Assembly: GCA_903960645.1 (NCBI GenBank)
Contig: CAJCBN010000034.1
Coordinates: 1 to 33,216 of the forward strand
Source: an uncultured Actinomycetes bacterium
GTDB taxonomy: Bacteria; Actinomycetota; Thermoleophilia; Gaiellales; F1-60-MAGs149
Direction of reading: 5' to 3'
DNA length: 33,216 nt
The translations under genes and the position numbers were made by a program. The notes under the pieces were generated by a model. It saw only the letters and a program-made list of their open reading frames with translations. It searched no databases and was not told where the DNA came from. Below are positions 18,634 through 31,252 of this stretch, one piece after another. Every line of letters starts with the position of its first letter. Position 1 is the stretch's first letter.

Positions 18634-19613
18634 GGCTGGAGCGGGTAGGCGCAGGCCCAGCCATGGCCGTCCGCGGCATGCACGAGCTGGGGATCCTGCT
18701 GGGCACACGAGGCCTGCGCAACGGGACAACGCGGATGAAAGCGGCAGCCGGCAGGCGGACGCAGCGGACTGGGCACGTCACCCTGAAGGACGACCCGCGT
18801 CTGGCTGCGGGCGCGCACAGGGTCGGCGATCGGGCGCGCCGACAGCAGCGCGTGCGAGTAGGGATGCCGTGGCCCCTGGTAGATCTGCTCCCCCGCCCCC
18901 TCCTCGACGACGCGCCCGAGGTACATGACCTGGACACGATCGGCCAGGCGACGGACGACGTCGAGGTCGTGCGCGATCACGATGTACGAGAGCCCGAGGT
19001 CGCGCTGCAGGTCCTCGAGCAGGTTGACGATTTGTGCCTGCACGGAGACGTCGAGCGCCGAGACCGGCTCGTCGCAGACGATCACGCGCGGCTCGAGCAC
19101 GATCGCGCGGGCGATGCCGATGCGCTGACGCTGGCCGCCGGAGAACTCGTGCGGGAAGCGGTTGTAGTGCTCGGGGTTGAGTCCGACGCGCTCCATCGCC
19201 TCCTGAACCTGCCGCTTCCGCTCCGCGGGCGTGCCGATCGAGTGGATGTCGAGCGGCTCCTGCACGGACTGGCCGATGCGCATGCGCGGGTCGAGCGAGG
19301 CGATCGGGTCCTGGAAGATCATCGTCACCTGCCGCCGGAAGCCCTGCAGCGCACGACCGGAGCGGCGTGTGATGTCCTCGCCCATGAACTCGATCGATCC
19401 AGCGTCGATCTCCTGCAGTCGCACGAGCCCGCGGGCCAGCGTTGTCTTGCCACAGCCGGACTCGCCGACGATGGCCAGCGTCTCGCCCGCACGGAGCTCA
19501 AGGTCGACGCCATCGACGGCCTGGACGCGCGCGACCTCGCGTTGGAAGACGATCCCGCGCGTGACGGGGAAGCCGATGCGGACACCGGTAGCGCGGAGGA
19601 TCGGCTCGCTCAT
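18630..19613 (-). CDS. Peptide ABC transporter ATP-binding protein (OppF/DppF type)
   Basis: Start at ATG 19613 ([11 protein letters not shown]), overlapping the upstream stop as ATGA. Walker [10 protein letters not shown], signature FSGGQRQR, Walker [14 protein letters not shown]-terminal oligopeptide-type domain with four Cys residues. Confidence 0.9.
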   Translation of the reverse strand: MSEPILRATGVRIGFPVTRGIVFQREVARVQAVDGVDLELRAGETLAIVGESGCGKTTLARGLVRLQEIDAGSIEFMGEDITRRSGRALQGFRRQVTMIFQDPIASLDPRMRIGQSVQEPLDIHSIGTPAERKRQVQEAMERVGLNPEHYNRFPHEFSGGQRQRIGIARAIVLEPRVIVCDEPVSALDVSVQAQIVNLLEDLQRDLGLSYIVIAHDLDVVRRLADRVQVMYLGRVVEEGAGEQIYQGPRHPYSHALLSARPIADPVRARSQTRVVLQGDVPSPLRPPAGCRFHPRCPVAQASCAQQDPQLVHAADGHGWACAYPLQP

Positions 19614-20623
19614 CGCTCCGCCTCTGTGCCGCTCAGGCGTACGCCCTCGCGGTCGCGGGTCGTCTGGTCGAGCCGGCAGGCGACGGCGCTGCCGGCCCGC
19701 GCCGTTGCGGTCAGGAGGGGCGCCGGATCGGTGCGGCAGGCGTCCATCGCAAAGGCGCAGCGCGGGGCGAAACGGCAGCCCGCGGGCGGGTGCAGCAGGC
19801 TCGGTGGGGTACCGGGGATCTGGTAGAGGCGCTCCTCGGCGCCGCTCCGGCCGGGCAACGAGGCGAGCAGGCCCCACGTGTACGGATGCTGCGGATGCGC
19901 GAACAGCTCAGCGACGGGAGCGCGCTCGACGATGCGACCCGCGTACATGACGGCAACCTCGTCGCACAGCTCGGCCACGACGCCGAGGTCGTGCGTGATC
20001 AGCACGATCGCAGCGTCGACCTCGCGGCGCAGCTCGCGCATCAGCTCAAGGATCTGGGCCTGCGTGGTCACGTCAAGCGCGGTCGTCGGCTCGTCGGCGA
20101 TCAGGAGGCGCGGCCGGTTGAGCAGGGCCATCGCGATCATCACGCGCTGCCGCATGCCGCCCGAGAGCTCCAGCGGATACGCGCGCATGCGGTCCTCCGG
20201 ACTCGGGATGCCGACCGCGGCGAGGCCGTCGACGGCGAGCCGCCGCGCCTCGGCCTTCGACACTCGCTGATGCAGACGGATGGCCTCGATCAGCTGCTCT
20301 CCGATCCGCATGACGGGATTCAGCGACGTCATCGGATCCTGGAAGATCATCGCCATGTCATCACCGCGCAGCTGCCGCAGCTCGCTGCCGGCAAGGCCGA
20401 CGAGCTCCTGCTCGCCGAGGCGGATGCTGCCCGTGATGGTGGCGGATTTCGGCAGCAGCCCCATGATCGACAGGCTCAGAGCGGACTTCCCACAGCCCGA
20501 CTCGCCGACGATGCCAAGCACCTGGCCCGCGTCCACGGACAGGCTGACGCCGTCGACGGCGCCGACGGGTCCGTCGTCGGTGCGGAAGGTCGTGCGGAGG
20601 TCGTCGACGGTCAGCAGGCGCAT
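19610..20623 (-). CDS. Peptide ABC transporter ATP-binding protein (OppD/DppD type)
   Basis: 337 aa. Walker [10 protein letters not shown], signature LSGGMRQR, Walker [14 protein letters not shown]-terminal domain with four Cys residues. Confidence 0.9.
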   Translation of the reverse strand: MRLLTVDDLRTTFRTDDGPVGAVDGVSLSVDAGQVLGIVGESGCGKSALSLSIMGLLPKSATITGSIRLGEQELVGLAGSELRQLRGDDMAMIFQDPMTSLNPVMRIGEQLIEAIRLHQRVSKAEARRLAVDGLAAVGIPSPEDRMRAYPLELSGGMRQRVMIAMALLNRPRLLIADEPTTALDVTTQAQILELMRELRREVDAAIVLITHDLGVVAELCDEVAVMYAGRIVERAPVAELFAHPQHPYTWGLLASLPGRSGAEERLYQIPGTPPSLLHPPAGCRFAPRCAFAMDACRTDPAPLLTATARAGSAVACRLDQTTRDREGVRLSGTEAER

Positions 20624-20626
20624 GCC

Positions 20627-21652
20627 CTACTCCAGCCGGATGCGCGGGTCGAGGGAGGCGTTGACGAGGTCGACGACGATGTTCGCCGCGACGATGATGA
20701 TCGCCGAGAACAGCACGATGCCGGCCGTCGTCGGCACGTCGAGGCGCTTCGCGGCCTGGACGGCGAGCCAGCCGAGGCCCTGCAGGCCGAAGGTCACCTC
20801 AATCAGAATCGCGCCGCCGAGCAGCAGACCGAGATCGAGGCCGAACATCGTCACGATCGGCAGCATGGCGTTGCGGAAGGCGTGGCGGATGACCACCCGC
20901 GTCTCCCCCGCACCCTTGGCGCGCGCGGTGCGCACGTAGTCCTCGCTGAGCGTGTCGAGCATCTGGGAGCGCGTGATACGCACGTAGATGGCCGCGAACT
21001 GGAGTGCGAGCACCGAGGCCGGCAGCAGCAGGTGGTAGAGCCACTGGCCAGGGTTGGACAGCGGCTCGTACCCGGATAACGGGAACCAGCCGAGCTTGTA
21101 GGCGAGGAAATAGAGGGCCAGCAGGCCGAAGTAGTAGACGGGCAGCGACTGGCCGATCAGGACGAAGACGATTGAGACGCGATCGAAGAGCGAGCGCGGC
21201 CGGATCGCGGAGATGATCCCGATCGGGATCGAGATCAGCAGCCACATGATCGCGGCCACGAAGGTCAGCGAGAGCGTCACTGGGAAGTGGTCCCAGATCA
21301 GCGAGTCGACGGAGCGCTGCTTGGCGAAGGAGCTGCCGAAGCGCCCGAGCAACTGGTCGCACTCCGCTGCGGTCGAGCCGGGGCAGACGCGCTCGCGCTC
21401 ATCCTGCGAAGGTCCGAGCACGAGCCGCTTGAGGGTATAGCCGTACTGGACGTAGTACGGCTTGTCGAGGCCGAGCAGGGCTGAGACGCGCTCAATCTGC
21501 TCGGCCGACGGGTTCTTGCCGGCGTAGAGGCGCGCCGGCGAGATGTTCGAGTGCCAGCGCAGGACGGGTCCGAACAGCACAAAGACCGCCAGCGTCACGA
21601 CGAGCACCACGAAGATGCCGCCGAGGATGCGTCTGATCAGGAAGCGGACCAT
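20627..21652 (-). CDS. Peptide ABC transporter permease (OppB/DppB type)
   Basis: 341 aa, multi-TM. EAA-loop region [30 protein letters not shown]. Confidence 0.9.
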   Translation of the reverse strand: MVRFLIRRILGGIFVVLVVTLAVFVLFGPVLRWHSNISPARLYAGKNPSAEQIERVSALLGLDKPYYVQYGYTLKRLVLGPSQDERERVCPGSTAAECDQLLGRFGSSFAKQRSVDSLIWDHFPVTLSLTFVAAIMWLLISIPIGIISAIRPRSLFDRVSIVFVLIGQSLPVYYFGLLALYFLAYKLGWFPLSGYEPLSNPGQWLYHLLLPASVLALQFAAIYVRITRSQMLDTLSEDYVRTARAKGAGETRVVIRHAFRNAMLPIVTMFGLDLGLLLGGAILIEVTFGLQGLGWLAVQAAKRLDVPTTAGIVLFSAIIIVAANIVVDLVNASLDPRIRLE

Positions 21653-21670
21653 GCTGGGTCAGGCAGGCGA

Positions 21671-21702
21671 CCCGCCCGTCGCGCCGAGGCGCGACGGGCG
21701 GG
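21671..21702 (-). promoter_or_regulatory. Intercistronic GC-rich hairpin downstream of the binding-protein gene (15-bp perfect inverted repeat, 2-nt spacer)
   Basis: cccgcccgtcgcgcc ga ggcgcgacgggcggg lies between the SBP stop (21720) and the OppB-type permease start (21652). Confidence 0.5.
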
Positions 21703-21719
21703 CGGTGATGCCCTCGGTC

Positions 21720-23480
21720 CTACTGCCCGTCCCGCAGGAAGTACGAGCCGAAGTAGAACTGCTTGCCGGGGCCCCAGATGTAGTTGCCGAGGCGCTCCGA
21801 GATGAACGACACCTTGCGGCGCAGGTCCAGCGTGGCCCACGGCGCGAGGTCCCGAGCGGTGTCGGTCGACAGCTGCGCGAACTGCGCAGTGCGATCGGCA
21901 CCCGGGGGCAGCTGGTTGATCTCCGCGACCTTGGCGTCGAAGCCCTCATCGCAGAACTGCCCGTAGTTCGAGCCCTGGCCGCAGAGCAGCAGCGGGCCGT
22001 AGAACGTGATCGCGTCTCCGTAGTCCTGACCCCAACCGGCGACGCCGATGTCGTAGTCGCTCTTGGGATCAGCCAGGAAGCCGTAGTACACGTCGGCCGA
22101 TAGGGCCTTGACGGTCACCTTGAAGCCGATCGCCTCGAGCGACTCCTTCATGGCCGCGGACACCTGCGGTGCCGGAGCGTCCGAGAAGTTCGCCAGCGTG
22201 ATGTCGATCGGCGTCGCGACGCCGGACTCGGCCACCAGCGCCTTGGCCTGCTCAACGTCCATGCTGTAGACGTCGGTCGGCTGATCCGCCAGCAGGTTCT
22301 CCGAGAGGATCTGGCTCCACGGGGAACGACTCAGCTTGCCGCCGATCACCTTGACGATCGCGTCGCGATCGAGGGCGTAGTTAACGGCCTGCCGGAGCTT
22401 GACGTTGTCGAACGGCGCCTTGTCCGTCTTGAACACGGCGTAGTCCACGGCGGCATCCGGGGTCGAGAAGAAGCGATCCTTGTACTGGGGATCGTTCGCC
22501 GTCGCCGGGATCTGCGATCCGAGCGGCGCGGAGCCGTCGAACGTCATGTCGATCTCGTTCGACTGCAGCTGTGCGTACTGGGTCTCGTCCGGCACGCCGA
22601 TCTGGAGCTCGATGCCGTCGATGTTGTTGTCGCTATCCGCCTGCGGGACGCCGGCGGCGACGTTCTTGTCCCAACTGGGCTCGCGCTCGATCGTGACCGA
22701 CTTGTCGAGCTGGTAGTCGGTGATCTTGTACGGGCCGACGAACGGCGGCGGGGTGTCGCTCTTCTTGTGCGGCGTGGAGGCCGGCACGATGAAGGCCCAG
22801 CCCATCGCGAGGGCGCGCGGGAACGAGCCGTCCGACTCAGTCAGGGTGAAGGACGTGGTCAGCTCATCAACGACCTTGATGCCGCTGATGCCAATGTTGT
22901 CCTTGCCCTTCGACGACGTCATCGCGTCGGTGTACTCCGTCATGCCGACGATGCCCGAGTAGTAGCCCGAGGACGGCGGTCCGCCGGTCGCGCACTGGAT
23001 GTTCGGGTCGAGGATGTACTCGTACGTGGCCTTGACGTCCTTGGCCGTGACGGGCGAGCCGTCCGGGAAGGTCAGACCCTCGCGCAGCTTGACGGTGTAG
23101 GTCTTGCCGTCGGCGGACACCGACGGCATGTCGGCGGCGAGCTCTGGCTGCATCTCGTCCGTGGCGGGCGAGGCGACGGTGTTCGGATAGCCGTAGAGGC
23201 CGCGCGCCATGAAGTAGAAGACCGACCACGAGATGCCGTAGTAGGAGAGTCCGTTCCAGCAGTCGATGTTGTCATTCATCGCCATCTTCAGCGTGCCGCC
23301 CTTGGTGGGCGTCTCCACGGCCGGGAAGCCGCCGTTCAGGTAGTCGCCGCCGGCGGCGGCGGTGTCAGCGCCACCTCCCCCGGTGGCAGTGGAGCTCGAG
23401 CTGTCGCTCGAGCCGCAGGCCGTGGCGACGATGGCGATTGCCACTAGTGCCACTGCCATCAGCAGATGTCGGAGCCTCAT
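21720..23480 (-). CDS. Peptide/nickel ABC transporter substrate-binding protein (family 5), probable lipoprotein
   Basis: Start at ATG 23480 preceded by AAGGAGGA. MRLRHLLMAVALVAIAIVATACGSSDSSSS is a signal peptide with a lipobox-like ATAC and a Ser-rich linker. About 586 aa, which fits the size and context of OppA/DppA-type SBPs. Confidence 0.85.
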   Translation of the reverse strand: MRLRHLLMAVALVAIAIVATACGSSDSSSSTATGGGGADTAAAGGDYLNGGFPAVETPTKGGTLKMAMNDNIDCWNGLSYYGISWSVFYFMARGLYGYPNTVASPATDEMQPELAADMPSVSADGKTYTVKLREGLTFPDGSPVTAKDVKATYEYILDPNIQCATGGPPSSGYYSGIVGMTEYTDAMTSSKGKDNIGISGIKVVDELTTSFTLTESDGSFPRALAMGWAFIVPASTPHKKSDTPPPFVGPYKITDYQLDKSVTIEREPSWDKNVAAGVPQADSDNNIDGIELQIGVPDETQYAQLQSNEIDMTFDGSAPLGSQIPATANDPQYKDRFFSTPDAAVDYAVFKTDKAPFDNVKLRQAVNYALDRDAIVKVIGGKLSRSPWSQILSENLLADQPTDVYSMDVEQAKALVAESGVATPIDITLANFSDAPAPQVSAAMKESLEAIGFKVTVKALSADVYYGFLADPKSDYDIGVAGWGQDYGDAITFYGPLLLCGQGSNYGQFCDEGFDAKVAEINQLPPGADRTAQFAQLSTDTARDLAPWATLDLRRKVSFISERLGNYIWGPGKQFYFGSYFLRDGQ

Positions 23481-23547
23481 CGGGTCTCCTCCTTGGTCAT
23501 AGTCATGGAACGCGGGTCCTTTCGGGGTATGGGACAGGGTAGGGCGG

Positions 23548-24522
23548 CTAGAGGAGCGTGCCGCCACGGGGGTCGAGGGCGTCGCGCAGGCCGTCGCCGA
23601 GCAGGTTGAAGGCGAGCACGGTGAGCACCAGCAGGGTGCCGGGGAAGACCATCAGGAAGGGCGCATTGATGTACAGACCTCCCGGCACTGCGTCGGAGAT
23701 CATGCGCCCCCACGAGGGAATCTCGAGCGGCAGGCCGAAGCCGAGGTACGACAGCGCGGCCTCCGCGGCGATCGCACCGGCCACCGACAGGCTCGCGTAG
23801 ACGGTCAGCGGGCCGATCAGCTGGGGCATCAGGTGCCGCAGGACGATGCGCGTGTTCGACGCTCCGAGCATGCGCGCCGCCGTAACGAACTCGCGGTTGC
23901 GCAGCGACATCACCTCGCCCCGGAAGATGCGGCCGGGGTAGAACCACGAGAAGATCGCGATGATCAGGATCACGAACCAGAGCGAGGCCCCGAAGGCGAC
24001 CGAGGCGGCGATGGCGAAGAGCAGGAACGGGAAGGCCGCGACGACGTCCATCAGCCGGGCGATCACGGTGTCCGTCCAGCCGCCGACGTAGCCGGCGATC
24101 ACGCCGAGGAGCAGCGCGACGACCATCGTCAGGAACGTCGCGACGATGCCGATAATCAGCGACGTGCGGGCGCCGAAGGAGAGCTGGACGAGCATGTCGT
24201 AGCCGAGGTTGTTCGAGGCGCCGAGCACAAAGCAGGCGCGCTCCCCCACGCTGGCCAAGCCATCCGCGCAGCCGTGCAGCGGACCCACAGGCAGAAGCGT
24301 GTAGTCGTCAACGCCGGTCGAATTTGACCGGTTGACCGGATGCCCCGTCCACGACTCGAACAGCGGGCCGGCCAGGGCGAACAGGACCAGCAGCACGATG
24401 AATGCGAGGCTGATGAGGGCGACGTAGTCGCGGCGCAGTCGGGCGAAGGCAAGCTGGCGGGGCGTCCGCGCGAGGACCATGCCCTCCGTCTTCATGTCCT
24501 CGAGCTGCTCGACGGTCGCCAT
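23548..24522 (-). CDS. Peptide ABC transporter permease (OppC/DppC type)
   Basis: Start at ATG 24522 (MATVEQLEDMK). EAA-loop region EFVTAARMLGASNTRIVLRHLMPQLIGPLTVY. Multi-TM. Confidence 0.88.
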   Translation of the reverse strand: MATVEQLEDMKTEGMVLARTPRQLAFARLRRDYVALISLAFIVLLVLFALAGPLFESWTGHPVNRSNSTGVDDYTLLPVGPLHGCADGLASVGERACFVLGASNNLGYDMLVQLSFGARTSLIIGIVATFLTMVVALLLGVIAGYVGGWTDTVIARLMDVVAAFPFLLFAIAASVAFGASLWFVILIIAIFSWFYPGRIFRGEVMSLRNREFVTAARMLGASNTRIVLRHLMPQLIGPLTVYASLSVAGAIAAEAALSYLGFGLPLEIPSWGRMISDAVPGGLYINAPFLMVFPGTLLVLTVLAFNLLGDGLRDALDPRGGTLL

Positions 24523-24620
24523 GCGCCCCCTCTCTCCGCCCGGAACGGTACAGCGGATCCGTACCGACCGTGCGGCTCTCCCGCCATGATCGTCGGGAAA
24601 CCCGTTGGGAGACACGTGTT

Positions 24621-24643
24621 CGGCACGACGCGCAGACGTGCCG
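24621..24643 (-). terminator. Small hairpin about 30 nt downstream of atpG (7-bp stem cggcacg/cgtgccg, 9-nt loop); possible attenuator or partial terminator
   Basis: Seen in the 153-nt atpG-permease spacer. No U-tract follows. Function is inferred only. Confidence 0.2.
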
Positions 24644-24675
24644 GGCCGCGCCGGCCACGGGTGCGCCGGGACGCG

Positions 24676-25551
24676 CTAGGAGATAGCGTCCGCGCCGGCC
24701 ACGACTTCCAGCAGCTGCTGGGTGATCTCGGCCTGGCGGGCACGGTTCATGTCGAGCGTGAGACGATCGATCAGGTCCTTGGCGTTGTCGGAGGCGCTGC
24801 GCATCGCGGTCATGCGCGCTCCGTGCTCGGACGCCGTGGACTCGAGCAGGGCCCGGAAGATCTCCGTCTCGAGCGCCGTCGTGAGCAGCGGCCCAAGCAT
24901 GACCTCGGCCTCAGGCTCGAACAGGAGCTCGCCGGAGGCGGCCGCCTGTCCCTCGGCCGCGGTGGCGGGCAGCGGAATCGGCAGCACCTCATCGGAGTAC
25001 ACGGTCTGCACGAGCGGCGAGTCGAAGTGGTTGAAGACCAGGATCAGGCGATCGAAGACGCCCTCGCCGTACTGCTCGATCAGCGTGTTCGCGATCTGCT
25101 CCGCGTCTTGGTAGACGGGACGATCGGTGAAGCCCGTCCAGACCTCGCGCAACGCGGCGCCCCGGAAGCGGAGCGAGCCCGCACCCTTGCGTCCCGCCGC
25201 GTACCAGACGATCTCGCGCCCCTGGGCGCGCTCCGCCGCGGCCTCGTCGAGCGCACGGCGCAGGACGCTGGCGTTGAACGCACCGGCCAGGCCACGATCG
25301 CCGGACATCAGCAGGATGCCGGTCTTCGCGATCTCGCGACGCTCGAGCAGCGGCTGGCCGCTGAGCGCACCCGTGCGGCTGGCCGTCTCGGAGATCAGCT
25401 CGTGCATGCCGCTCGCGAACGGGCGCAGCGCCTCGATGCGCACCTGCGCACGGCGCAGCTTCGCACCGGCCACCAGCTCCATCGCCTTGGTGATCTTGCT
25501 GGTGTTCTTGACGGAATGGATCCGCCGGCGGATGTCCTGAAGGGACGCCAC
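24676..25551 (-). CDS. atpG: F1Fo ATP synthase gamma subunit
   Basis: 291 aa. MASLQDIRRRIHSVKNTSKITKAMELVAGAKLRRAQ and C-terminal RQAEITQQLLEVVAGA. Confidence 0.95.
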   Translation of the reverse strand: MASLQDIRRRIHSVKNTSKITKAMELVAGAKLRRAQVRIEALRPFASGMHELISETASRTGALSGQPLLERREIAKTGILLMSGDRGLAGAFNASVLRRALDEAAAERAQGREIVWYAAGRKGAGSLRFRGAALREVWTGFTDRPVYQDAEQIANTLIEQYGEGVFDRLILVFNHFDSPLVQTVYSDEVLPIPLPATAAEGQAAASGELLFEPEAEVMLGPLLTTALETEIFRALLESTASEHGARMTAMRSASDNAKDLIDRLTLDMNRARQAEITQQLLEVVAGADAIS

Positions 25552-25554
25552 GGT

Positions 25555-27087
<1,533 letters not shown>

Positions 27088-27103
27088 GGTTCTCTCCGTC
27101 TAT

Positions 27104-27646
27104 CTAGGCGGTCGGGATGCGGGCGGCGCGCAGATCGCGGCCGAGCAGGTCGAGGCGGCGACGCAGGGATGCGTCGACGAGGCGATCGCGGACCCGCAGG
27201 ACCACGCCGCCGAGGATGGTCGGATCGACGGTGCGATCCATGGTCACGGTCAATCCGGTGGCCGCCGCGAGCTGCTTCTGCACCTTCGCGGCGGTGGCGT
27301 CGTCGATGGCGACGGCCGTCGTCAGCTCGACGGCGAGCTCATTGCGGTCGAGGCGCACGCGATCGGCGAGCGCCTCCTGAATCTCGGACAGCTCGCCGAG
27401 GCGGCGATGGTCGAGCAGCACCTGCAGGAAGCGGGAGACGATCGGGTCGGCACCCTTCGAAAGCTCGGCCAGCAGGTTGCGCTTGCCCTCCCCCGACACG
27501 GCGGGGTTGGTGAGGGCGCGGGCCAGCGCGGGCGTACCGCGGACGGCGTCCGCGATCTCAGCCAGCTCGCCGTCGACCTCATTCAGGCGACCGGCGTCGG
27601 CGGCGGCGCTGTAGAGCGCCGTGGCGTACGGGGAGGCTGCACTCAC
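27104..27646 (-). CDS. atpH: F1Fo ATP synthase delta (OSCP) subunit
   Basis: 180 aa. YATALYSAA..., C-terminal ILGGVVLRVRDRLVDASL. The GTG start overlaps the atpF stop (GTGA). Confidence 0.9.
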   Translation of the reverse strand: MSAASPYATALYSAAADAGRLNEVDGELAEIADAVRGTPALARALTNPAVSGEGKRNLLAELSKGADPIVSRFLQVLLDHRRLGELSEIQEALADRVRLDRNELAVELTTAVAIDDATAAKVQKQLAAATGLTVTMDRTVDPTILGGVVLRVRDRLVDASLRRRLDLLGRDLRAARIPTA

Positions 27647-28188
27647 GCTCGGTCGGATCCCCCGTGCAGAGCGGAGAAGTCGACACCCGCGAGGGCCTCC
27701 TCGACGAGGCGCTTCTGCTCCGACGCGTCAAGCGCGTGGCCGAGCACCTTCTCGGTGGCCAGCAGGGTCAGGTCTGCGATCTCGTTCTTGATGCGATCCA
27801 GCGCCTGCTGCGTCTCCGCGGCGATTGCCTGCTGCGCGGCGGCGATGCCCCGCTCGCGCTCGCCGGCCAGCTCCTCGCTGAGCTGACGCTGCTGCTCGGC
27901 GGCCGTCGCTCGAGCGCGCTCGAGGATCTCGGACGCCTCCTGGCGACTGGCCGCCAGCTGGGTCTTGTACTCGCCGAGCAGTCGCTCCGCCTCTTCGCGG
28001 GCATGCTCGGCCGCCTCGAGGTTCTTGCGCACGGCATCCCGCCGCTCGTCGAGCAGCGCGGCGATCTTCCCGAACGCGAACTTCTTCAGCACGAAGAGCA
28101 CGATCAGGAAGGTGACGAGCGTCCAGATGCTCAGCCCGAGTTCGGGCGTGATCAGACTGGCGTCGCTGGCGACTACGGCGGGCAGCAT
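27643..28188 (-). CDS. atpF: F1Fo ATP synthase subunit b
   Basis: 181 aa. A single N-terminal TM (LSIWTLVTFLIVLFVLKKFAF) followed by a long charged coiled-coil. Position between atpE and atpH. Confidence 0.9.
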   Translation of the reverse strand: MLPAVVASDASLITPELGLSIWTLVTFLIVLFVLKKFAFGKIAALLDERRDAVRKNLEAAEHAREEAERLLGEYKTQLAASRQEASEILERARATAAEQQRQLSEELAGERERGIAAAQQAIAAETQQALDRIKNEIADLTLLATEKVLGHALDASEQKRLVEEALAGVDFSALHGGSDRA

Positions 28189-28194
28189 CGTTCG

Positions 28195-29352
<1,158 letters not shown>

Positions 29353-29356
<4 letters not shown>

Positions 29357-29772
29357 GCGCTTCCTCCAGAGGCCGGCAGGGTCACCGGGTTCTCATCGCG
29401 GGCGAGGACGTGGCTGAAGCTTCGTCCCGCCATGTCGAAGGTAAAGTAGACAAGGAAGGCGCCGGCTGCGGCGATGGCCAGTTCGCGCTCGCCGGACCAG
29501 GCGATCACGAACAGCGTGGCGAAGATCAGCCAGGCCCGCACGATCAGGCTGATGCCGATCATGCCGACGATCGTGACCTGCGAGCGGCCCTTGCCCACGC
29601 GCTCGAAGGCGAGCGCGATGACGATGTTGAGTGCGAGCAGCGCGGCGCTCAGCGCCCAGGCGTCGTAGCCCCAGCCGGCGATCAGGAAGATCGGCAGCGC
29701 GATCACGCAGGGCACGACCGCGATGAAGCGGAGCACGACGGCGGCGCGATGGCGGGAGGGCGAGATGGTCAT
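29353..29772 (-). CDS. atpI: ATP synthase protein I (AtpI-like, 139 aa, about 4 TM)
   Basis: Only the last 139 codons of the 542-aa track ORF look coding (MTISPSRHRAAVVLRFIAVVPCVIALPIFLIAGW...). The Arg/Pro-rich upstream part overlaps atpZ and the transferase in other frames. ATGA overlap with the atpZ stop. Position immediately upstream of atpB. Confidence 0.7.
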
Positions 29773-30044
29773 CGTGGCTTGAAGTACTTGAGGTAGAGAA
29801 GATAGAACCCGAGCACGAGCCCGATACTCGAGCCAACCATGATGGCGGGCGCGAGCCGGTCGATCAGGAGGCCGACGGCGACGCCGACCCCTGCACCGAG
29901 CAGGATACCGGCGATCACCACCATTCCGGCTCCGAGTCCCGCGGCGTCTGCCCCTCGATTGGTTCCCGTTCCGGTGATGCTGAACTCCGGTGTTCTGTTC
30001 GCAGCCGGTTGCCCGACCGCACGGAAACCTAGCAGGGCATCCAC
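29769..30044 (-). CDS. atpZ: AtpZ/ATPase_gene1-like small membrane protein (2 TM)
   Basis: 91-aa ORF with GTG start, 24 nt after the transferase stop. GLGAGMVVIAGILLGAGVGVAVGLLIDRLAPAIMVGSSIGLVLGFYLLYLKYF matches the two-helix architecture of AtpZ-type proteins that precede atpI. Confidence 0.6.
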   Translation of the reverse strand: MDALLGFRAVGQPAANRTPEFSITGTGTNRGADAAGLGAGMVVIAGILLGAGVGVAVGLLIDRLAPAIMVGSSIGLVLGFYLLYLKYFKPR

Positions 30045-30068
30045 GGGACAGAGATGACGGGCCGTGCC

Positions 30069-31229
30069 CTACCCGCGCGCGAACGGTCGCGGCAGTGGCG
30101 CCTCGTCCGGAGCCGCCGCCTTGCGCAGCAGGCCGAGCTTGCGCAGATGCCCGTACTTGAGGATCTCGAGGGCGACGATCACGTAGTAGGTGACCGCGAG
30201 CGCCAGCAGGCCGAAGAGGGTCAGTCCGATCGTCGGCCAGAGGTTCCAGCTGCCCTCGGTGCGGTACGGAAAGAGCCGAATCGCCAGTGCGAACGCCGCC
30301 AGCACCCCCGACCACGCGTACAGGAGTCCGACCGCCTGCCGCTGGGTGTAGCCGACCCGTAACAGGCGGTGGTGGAAGTGGTTGCGATCGGCGCTCGCGA
30401 TCGACTGGCCCGACTTCAGGCGCTTGAGGATCACGAACGAGGTGTCGAGGATCGGTACGAGCAATACGACGAGCGGGAAGACGAGGGAGAGCGCGGCCGC
30501 GGTCTTCATCACGCCCTGGATGGAGACGCAGGCCAGCAGGAACCCGAGCACCAGCGCCCCGGAATCCCCCATGAAGACCTTGGCCGGATTGAAGTTCCAG
30601 GGTAGGAAGCCGAGGCACGCCCCTGCAATTGCGGCCGCCATCACGCCGGCCGAGATGCGTCCCAGCGACAGCGCGAGGATGGCGAACGTGATCGCGCTGA
30701 TCGCGCAGACGCCGGCCGCCAGCCCGTCCATGCCGTCGGCCAGGTTGACGACGTTGGCGACGGCGACGATGAAGAGGATCGTCAGCGGGTAGGCAAGCGC
30801 GCCGAACGCGACGGTGCTCGGCTCGATGAACGGGATCGTGATCGAGTCGATCGTCATGCCGTGCGCGACGGGGATCGCGGCGCACGCGATCTGCCCCAGC
30901 AGCTTCGGCAGCGGCGGAATGCCGAAGCGGTCGTCGAGCGCACCGAGCAGGCAGATCAGCGCGGCGCCAAGCAGGATCCACGCGTAGCGGCGATCGACGT
31001 CGAGGTTCGGCAGCACCCCCGCGAGGATCCCGAGAAACATGGCGACACCGCCGAGCAGCGGGATCGGTCGGTCGTGGATACGACGCCCACCCGGCTTGTC
31101 CACCACGCCGAGCCGCCAGGCGAGACGCATCATCAGCGGCGTCAGCGCGAACGCCAGCACCCCCGCGAGCAGCAGGGCGTAGATCGCCGACGGCGCGAAG
31201 ACCCAGCGGGAGAAGGCGTCAGGGACCAC
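30069..31229 (-). CDS. wecA: MraY/WecA-family polyprenyl-phosphate N-acetylhexosamine-1-phosphate transferase (glycosyltransferase family 4)
   Basis: 386 aa, multi-TM. VDKPGGRRIHDRPIPLLGG, LDDRFG, NVVNLADGMDGLAAG, FMGDSGALVLGF. The position just upstream of the atp operon matches actinobacterial rfe/wecA synteny. The symbol is tentative. Confidence 0.8.
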   Translation of the reverse strand: MVPDAFSRWVFAPSAIYALLLAGVLAFALTPLMMRLAWRLGVVDKPGGRRIHDRPIPLLGGVAMFLGILAGVLPNLDVDRRYAWILLGAALICLLGALDDRFGIPPLPKLLGQIACAAIPVAHGMTIDSITIPFIEPSTVAFGALAYPLTILFIVAVANVVNLADGMDGLAAGVCAISAITFAILALSLGRISAGVMAAAIAGACLGFLPWNFNPAKVFMGDSGALVLGFLLACVSIQGVMKTAAALSLVFPLVVLLVPILDTSFVILKRLKSGQSIASADRNHFHHRLLRVGYTQRQAVGLLYAWSGVLAAFALAIRLFPYRTEGSWNLWPTIGLTLFGLLALAVTYYVIVALEILKYGHLRKLGLLRKAAAPDEAPLPRPFARG

Positions 31230-31252
31230 GGGCTCAGGGTACCGGTGGCGTG

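Noticed and set aside
18352-24615. Transporter block as a recently acquired mobile genomic island
   Set aside because: The block contains no integrase, transposase, tRNA or recombinase, and I found no convincing flanking direct repeats (only weak similarity between 18215-18240 and 24523-24575). Codon style looks native. I treat it as an older rearrangement or insertion rather than a mobile element. Compositional statistics could revisit this.
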